From Eutreptiella sp. 'Long Island Sound 2002' (lineage: Eukaryota; Protista; Euglenida), in NCBI GenBank assembly GCA_964036045.1, contig OZ038378.1:193130001-193194000 (forward strand): 64,000 nt of DNA, written 5' to 3'. The position numbers were made by a program, and so were the translations under genes. Positions 57,830-64,000 of the stretch are shown here, piece by piece. A model generated the notes under the pieces. That model made no database searches and was not told the origin of the DNA. It saw only the letters and a program-made list of their open reading frames with translations. How positions within the stretch are numbered: the first letter of the stretch is position 1; each line of letters opens with the position of its first letter.

Positions 57830-59077
57830 CTGGGGGGCACAGGGGGAGGCAAAGGCTGAGAGACTCTGCCGCACAAAGGAGTATCTGAGGCAGAATTGTG
57901 GACCCAGCCCCAGGCTTGCGCTTGAAGACGAGAGGCCCTGCCCTTCTCTTTGGGGTGACGGTCAGCCCTGCCAACCGCTTGTGTCCGCCCCCTCAACCGG
58001 TTTGTACCCGCCAGACATTGCCTCCCAACCGCTTTTCCGACCGCCGGTTACCCCCTTTGCAACTTCGGAAGCCCCTCTGGACGATTTGCCCCTCAAGCGC
58101 ATCCCTGCCCAACCCCTGTGGCTGTGAGACAGGGGAGGAGGGGGACCTGGCAAGGGGGCTTGGGCCAGGGCGGGACTCCCAAGGAGGGTGTCAGGGTGGT
58201 GAAGCCCAGGGGGAGACACCAAGACACACACCTCATTATCACTGGGAGACGCTGAGTGCTGGTTGCATGTGTTTTGGGCCGCCCCCCGACACACAGGCCC
58301 AGGCACTCGCGTCCGCAACCAAAGACATTGTTCAGGCACAGCCGACTGGGCCATGCACTGGATGCGACCGGTTCCTACTTCGTCGGGGATACGCCATGTA
58401 TTACCGGGCACATGCCAAAGGGGCTCATTATTAGTGAGGCCCTGTCTCCGAAAATCGGTTGTGCAGTGCCTTGCCAAAAGGGGATTCCCTGGCGCCTTCA
58501 GTACCCAGTTTTCATGGTCGTCCCTTGGCGAAGAGGGGCAGTTCCTTGAAGGGTGGAACTGCGTAGCAACAACCGGTCCTGAGCGCTATGCCTTTTCGGG
58601 GTGGGGGGTGGGGGGGGAGCAGAGGGAAGAGAAGGAGCGCAGTTTGGTGGGCGACGTAGGGGGGGGGGACCTCAGCGCCCCATGACCCAACACTTGTACA
58701 CTGCGGGGCACTGTGGAAAAGGACTGAAAGCAGGACGGCCTGGCAGAGACAGGAGAAAGAAGGGATGACTCTGGTCCACCTGGTCCGGATGACAAGAACC
58801 ATTTCTGACCTCTTTCCAGCGGTGGTGGGGAGGCGAGTGGGGATGGGGGGGGGGGGGTTGTCCTGGAGGCTAAGCAAAGATATTCGGGGCATGGTTCATG
58901 TTCAGGGTTTGGGGGGGGGAATGGTCGACAGTGTTTGTCCCCAGACAGCGGGAAACCGCATTTTGGCAGGTGAGAGTGGGACAGTTGTCCCTCTGCTCAC
59001 CAGTGCTGCTGCTGCCCTTGTGGCGCCCACCCCACTGCCCGCACTGAGGCCGGAAGCCAAATGCCTTTGAGGGAAGG

Positions 59078-59830
59078 GGGCCCTCCCATCTCATGGTTTA
59101 CACCCCCCACTTTCAGACCACCCCCCCCTCCAAAGAGAGGTGATGAGATGGGATGAGGCCCAAAAATTTTTTTAAGGAAAAGTGTATTTTGATGGCCAAG
59201 TCTAAAGGAAATTTTGGTTGTGGATGAAAATCCCAATACCTGGGGTTGCTGGATGTTGTTCATCCTTGGCAGTTCCTCGGTTGATGCTTCCGAGCCAGTG
59301 CATTTTTTTTGCGTTTGGGCCTCTTTTGTGGGGGGGTGGGGGTATGGTTCAATCATTTTGGTGCCACTAAAAAAGACCTGGGGTATTTTGGACTCTGGGA
59401 TTGCAGTCCATTCCTACACAGGCATACAAATGTGGATGAGTTGGACGATGGGGTTGCAGTCCATAGCACAGACAAAACGACGCAGTGTAAAAGTGAAGCA
59501 AGGGAGGCACCGAAGAAAAGGGAGGGGCCATGAAGCACAAGCCTGCTCAACTCAGAGTTAGGCTGTGTTCAACCAAAAGCACCACTCCATTGCAACCTCA
59601 CAGGAGGCTCTTTTCAACCAACAGCACTACTTCTTTGCAACCTCCCTGTCTCATGGCAAACCCCCAACCCAGTTCATGCCAAGTCACCACTTGGCCCCTC
59701 CCATCTCATGGCAAACCCCCGCCCCCGTTGACAGCAAGTCAGCCACTTGGCCCCTCCCATCTCATGGCTTAGCCCCCCCCACTCCCCCCCTTCAGACCCC
59801 CCCCCAAAGAGCTAGATGAGATGGGAGCCC
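59078..59830. repeat. Two short (about 83 bp) self-complementary elements, at 59078-59161 and 59749-59830
   Basis: Each begins GCCC(C)TCCCATCTCAT and ends ATGAGATGGGA…GCCC. Confidence 0.7.
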
Positions 59831-60697
59831 CCCCCCCCCCCCCTCCCATAACCAAATGGCGGATGCCCCGGCAGCAATCACCTGAATTCATCCAGACTGT
59901 GAGGATTTGAGGGCTGTACGAAAACGCATGCATACGTGTATACGGGGGAGCCCACCGCCTGCGACCGCCTGCGACCCTTGAGAAAATTTTCGTACACGTC
60001 TCGCGCTAGCACAACCCATACACTCCCTCCCTCACTCCCTCGGGCCCGCCTTCCCTCCCTCTTCCCTCGCTCCCTCCTTCCCCACAAGGCTGCAACACAT
60101 AAACTTATTGATGGAAAGACATATCACAAATGCCTCTTGCACTAAACCATAGCATTGGCAATGGCTTGTTGCCTCCTTGTCAGCACAAGTGGTTGGAGGC
60201 AAGGAGCCTTGGCCCTTCGCCGCTTGGCACACTCAACGTGCACCTTGTTAGCTTCCACTGGATTTGAGGTAAAATCACTATCAACACTGACCTCACCATC
60301 CAATACAACAATCTCTGAATCCTGCACATTATTGTTGTGAGGTGCACTTGAGCTAGAGCTTGAACTAGAGCTTGCGTTGAAGGGGGAAGCCGCGGGCTTA
60401 GGTGCCCTTGGTTTCTCCTTAATGTCGGGGTCGTGACGCCAAGGACCCACAAGCTCATACTTCTGGAAGCGACGGGAATAAAATCAAATGTTGGATGACG
60501 TGAATAAAAACCCTGCCACCGGCATGGGGAAAGACGTCTCCACTGTACGTACACTGCACAGGACAGTTTTGAATAGTCACCTTTGGTTAGCAGGACAAAA
60601 TCCGAGTACCATGTGGTACCATGAGAAGGAAAGGATGGGAATAGGGTTAGAGCGAGGCAATCGCCGAATCCGAATTATAAAATCACTTCAATAAAAC

Positions 60698-61045
60698 TCA
60701 TTCCTGTGCGCAATAAGGGCCAAGCATGGAACCATCTTTGGCACCCTTCCCCATGCAACTTTCATGGTATGGTGCATTGCACATAGCGCAAAAAACACGG
60801 GTCATGCCGCGCAACTTACACCACACATTAATCTCACGTGAGCACTTATGACGGATGAATTCACATGCAACACGGCGTTCTGCAGCCGGTGCCTTGGGCC
60901 GTCGCATCTTAGGGAAAGGCATGGGAGCATCAAAGAGATCCTGCGAAATGGGGGCATTTTCCGCATTTGGGGGAGCCGCATAAGCAGCGGCCTTATACTC
61001 TTCGCGCCCTTGGTCCAAAGTCTGCTGGAGGGAAACGCTCATCAC
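60698..61045 (-). pseudogene. Degenerate PHD-finger-bearing C terminus, probably from a DNA-transposon ORF
   Basis: VFCAMCNAPYHESCMG…GPYC (PHD-like C-x2-C-x4-H-x2-C), preceded by a Pro/Arg-rich segment PMPFPKMRRPKAP. Confidence 0.5.
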
Positions 61046-61313
61046 TGTCTACAGCTCATGTACATGTGACCAGTCTTGGTGTTTGCACTCGTCCTGCCCC
61101 TCTTGGCCCTCTAGCAACCCTAGGTCAAGGGTCGCTCGTCATAATCCCATTCCGAGTTAGAAGACGCACTCTTACAATCAGCAAGCAAGTCCACCGAGCA
61201 AGCTGATGGTTGCGAGGAGGTCACACTAACCTTTCCTAGGCTCGAATCTGCCACAGGTGCAATGATGGCTACCCGTTCGGGCACATGCAACCCCCCGGTG
61301 CTAAAAACAGGTC

Positions 61314-61431
61314 ACAACCCGTTTTTTTTTGGTAAAAAAACGGGTTGTCAAGGAATAACCCGTTTTTTTGGGTAAAAAAACGGGTTGTGGATGGGGACAG
61401 ACAACCCGTTTTTTTCGCCAAAAAAAAGGGG
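61314..61431. repeat. Three tandem palindromes ACAACCCG-(T)n-loop-(A)n-CGGGTTGT
   Basis: At 61314-61348, 61356-61388 and 61401-61431; the third is degenerate. Confidence 0.9.
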
Positions 61432-63662
61432 CTATTAACCCATTTTTAGGTAGGAAAACAGTTTTTGCGGTTAAAAATAAAATGGTGCCAAAAGTACTTT
61501 CATGTCAAAGAGCACAAGAAAATATGTACGTAGAGAGGTCGCAACCCATAGTCCGCTCATGTAGAGCCCTCAAAAGGGGGTTTTTGGTAAAAAAAAAAAA
61601 GGAATCTCAAGCGCCCGCGACGGCCTGCAACCGCCTGCGACCGCCTGCGACCCCTACATGTATACGAATATGGGCATATGGATGTGCGTATAAGCATATA
61701 CGTTGTGTATACGTATACGCGTGTACGGACGCACGCATAATTACTGTGCACTCTCCATGTCTGCACGGTGTCTACTGACAACAGTTGAGTAAACGGAGGT
61801 AGGCAGGTATTCTCGGGACTGGGGTGTCTGGCGAGGTAAGAATATTGGGGCAGCCAATGTGCAGGACGAGGGCTGACTGAGGATCATGACGGGAAGCACT
61901 GAGCGCCACAACAACAGCAGCAGCACCACCACCACTACCCCCAACAGCCACAGCAACAACGACCCATCCAGAACCACAGCAACAGCTACTGCACGACGAC
62001 CAGGCGGCAACAGAGCGCCAGCCACCAACGGGAAAGCTCATAAGGCCGGGGGCAGCGTCTCGAATCCAGGAAAGGTACCTCACAAAAGATCAGTATCGCG
62101 CAGCATGTGGATTCGAGTGTATGTAGAATGTGGACCAGGTGCACGTGCTTCATGTGGAACGGGATGAAGACATATTGTTGCGTCAAGGTGTCGACGGTGG
62201 AATTCCTGCACAAGTACATGGGTACAGCCCACAGTAAAACAATGCCAACAGCGCAATCCAATTGGGTCTGTATCGGGGGGGAATGATTCCATTTGGGCTC
62301 GCTGGGGGCCGCGTGGTACCGCCAGCGTCGAGTGCAATATCTTGTGTATGATCTCCTTTTGTCGATGGAGGTCATTGAAGGAGGGGGCTGGAGTGTGGTC
62401 CCTCGGATGCTCTCTTCTGGTGGGGTGTTGCTTGAGCTTATGGGGGGTAGGGCATAAGGGAGAGGCTGGTGATCCACCCCCAGTACACCCACGAGCATAT
62501 TTTCAAAACCGCATAGACATGTCCGCCTGGCTGACCAACATTGTGGACGGGACCTCCAAATTGATTTAGTAATGCACATGCTGAAAGCGATGAAACAATG
62601 TAGATACTGACGAAATAATGTGCACATTGGCTAAGAAACGGGGACAACTAAGAAGTGTGGACATTGGTAAAATGGCGATTTCTGCGTTGCCTAGTCAATG
62701 CCCACATCAGTAATCCAATGTCTATCTACATTTCGTCAATTACTACATCATATAGCCAATGGCTAGATAATTCTGCCAATTCATTGAGCAGATGCCCATA
62801 TTGTTTGTTCAATGCCCGCACCCCTTGACCTATGCAAATGGCAAACCGTGTCGCACGCTCCATACTTTGCACTCACTTCGACTCGTACAGGGTCTTGCAG
62901 CGATGCCTTTTGCAGTTTGTCCACCTGCAGGTGTTAGCGGGTGGTTTGCTTGAGGCAGGCCGATGTGTGCGCGCAGAAAATAGGTTGAGGGGGGCTCCAG
63001 CATGCCTTTGGCAATAGCAAAGCAGTCCAGAGGTTGGGCTCCAGCTACAAAGCGATTGCTGGAGGTTCGAGAAAAGGCGTTGCACTGCATGCTTGCCTCT
63101 CATCCTCCATGGTGCCAGATCGAGTGGATGTCTTTCATCGGTTGGCCGGTCGACACATGCCTAGCCGCCCATCCACATTGCATCCGGCTGCTGATACTCA
63201 CCGCACCATACCACACTTCACCATACCTGACCGCACCTGTTTCTCTGGAAACCCGGAAGCCCGGAAACCCGGAAACAAAAAGACTTGCCTACACCACACC
63301 GGAGAGAGTGTCGAGGGACAGCACGCTGGCCCCCAACACCAGCACGCCCCCTTCGGACACCAGAATGCAGGATTATTTTCTATGGTCCACACCCAGCATC
63401 ACCTGGAGTCCATTTACAGGGATTTGGGGTCAGACATGGCCATCTGACCCCGGGGAGGAACCCGCAAAAGGTCCGACAAGTTGTAACAGGTTTTTGAAGT
63501 GTTGGAACGAAAACTGTTGGGGTTCCTGTTGCATTACCACAGGGCAGATAGCAACTTGACTGTTGCTGCTGTACCAATGATCTGCCTGCTCTTCTATGAT
63601 TGTGTGCCATTGTTCCGGCGCTATTGTCCTTTCCCTTTACGAAAGGCCAAAAGCTAGGGGCG

Positions 63663-63832
63663 GTTGTTGAGGGTTGTTGAGGGTTGGTAAGGGTTGTGGA
63701 GGGTTGTGGACAGCTGTGAAGGGTTGTGGAGGGTTGCTAGGGGTTGTTGGGTGTTGTTGAGGGTTGTTAAGGGTTGTTGGGGGTTAGTGAGGGTTGGTGA
63801 GGGTTGTTAAGGGTTGTGGAGGGTTGTAGGGG
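63663..63832. repeat. Degenerate 10-bp G-rich tandem repeat (GAGGGTTGTT)n
   Basis: About 16 units containing GGGTT. Confidence 0.88.
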
Positions 63833-64000
63833 TCACTGAGAACTGCTGAAGATGGTGGAGATTTACCGAAGGTTGATGCAAGCTTTTGAGGGTACTGAGA
63901 GTTCTTAGGATTTGCTGAGGATTACTGCCCTGGATGCTTGTTGAGATTGTTGGGGTTGAAGACTGACAAATTCAGATGGGGTTGTTGAGTTTTGGTGGAG

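Noticed and set aside
63663-63832. True telomere at the right edge
   Set aside because: Units are degenerate 10-mers, not TTAGGG, and non-repetitive sequence follows them.
57830-64000. Upstream DDX47 exons (motifs Q, I-IV)
   Set aside because: I found no AxxGxGKT, PTRELA, DEAD or SAT-like peptides on the minus strand; they probably lie beyond the window.
1-64000. Spliced-leader RNA, rRNA or intact tRNA genes
   Set aside because: No recognisable euglenid leader exon, rRNA signature or complete cloverleaf was seen by eye. An Infernal or tRNAscan run would be needed to exclude them.

Overview
Repeat-dense, intron-rich eukaryotic nuclear DNA. The style of the repeats and genes suggests a euglenid/euglenozoan protist; this is inference and was not verified. 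Five genes are supported. (1) An intronless SHOCT + 2xRRM RNA-binding protein (minus, 4733-5689). (2) An intronless triple-C2-domain protein with a Pro/Ser/Gly tail (plus, 7793-9787). (3) A complete 4-exon dynactin p62/DCTN4 (minus, 21489-16898, 463 aa). (4) A partial coiled-coil protein gene (minus, exons about 36767-36094 and 32630-32277). (5) The 3' five exons of a DDX47/RRP3-type DEAD-box helicase (minus, 57829-42471); its upstream exons were not found in the window. Every intron I could reconstruct is GT-AG and phase-consistent. The rest of the window is a 99/82-bp satellite with a 280-bp higher-order repeat, a G-run minisatellite, an internally deleted Ty3/Gypsy remnant, tRNA-derived SINE-like copies, and several MITE classes with TA, about 8-bp, 3-bp and TTAA-like target duplications. 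Two observations stand out. First, a family of about 190-200 bp CAGGG...CCCTG MITEs with apparent 8-bp target-site duplications has exactly the geometry of euglenid nonconventional introns (N3-CAG...CTG-N5). Second, a decayed retroelement-like ORF inside a DDX47 intron reads OTU - PHD - Cys-rich - SH3-like - DnaJ(HPD) - APE-like endonuclease. All domain calls are by eye from motifs; no database search was run.
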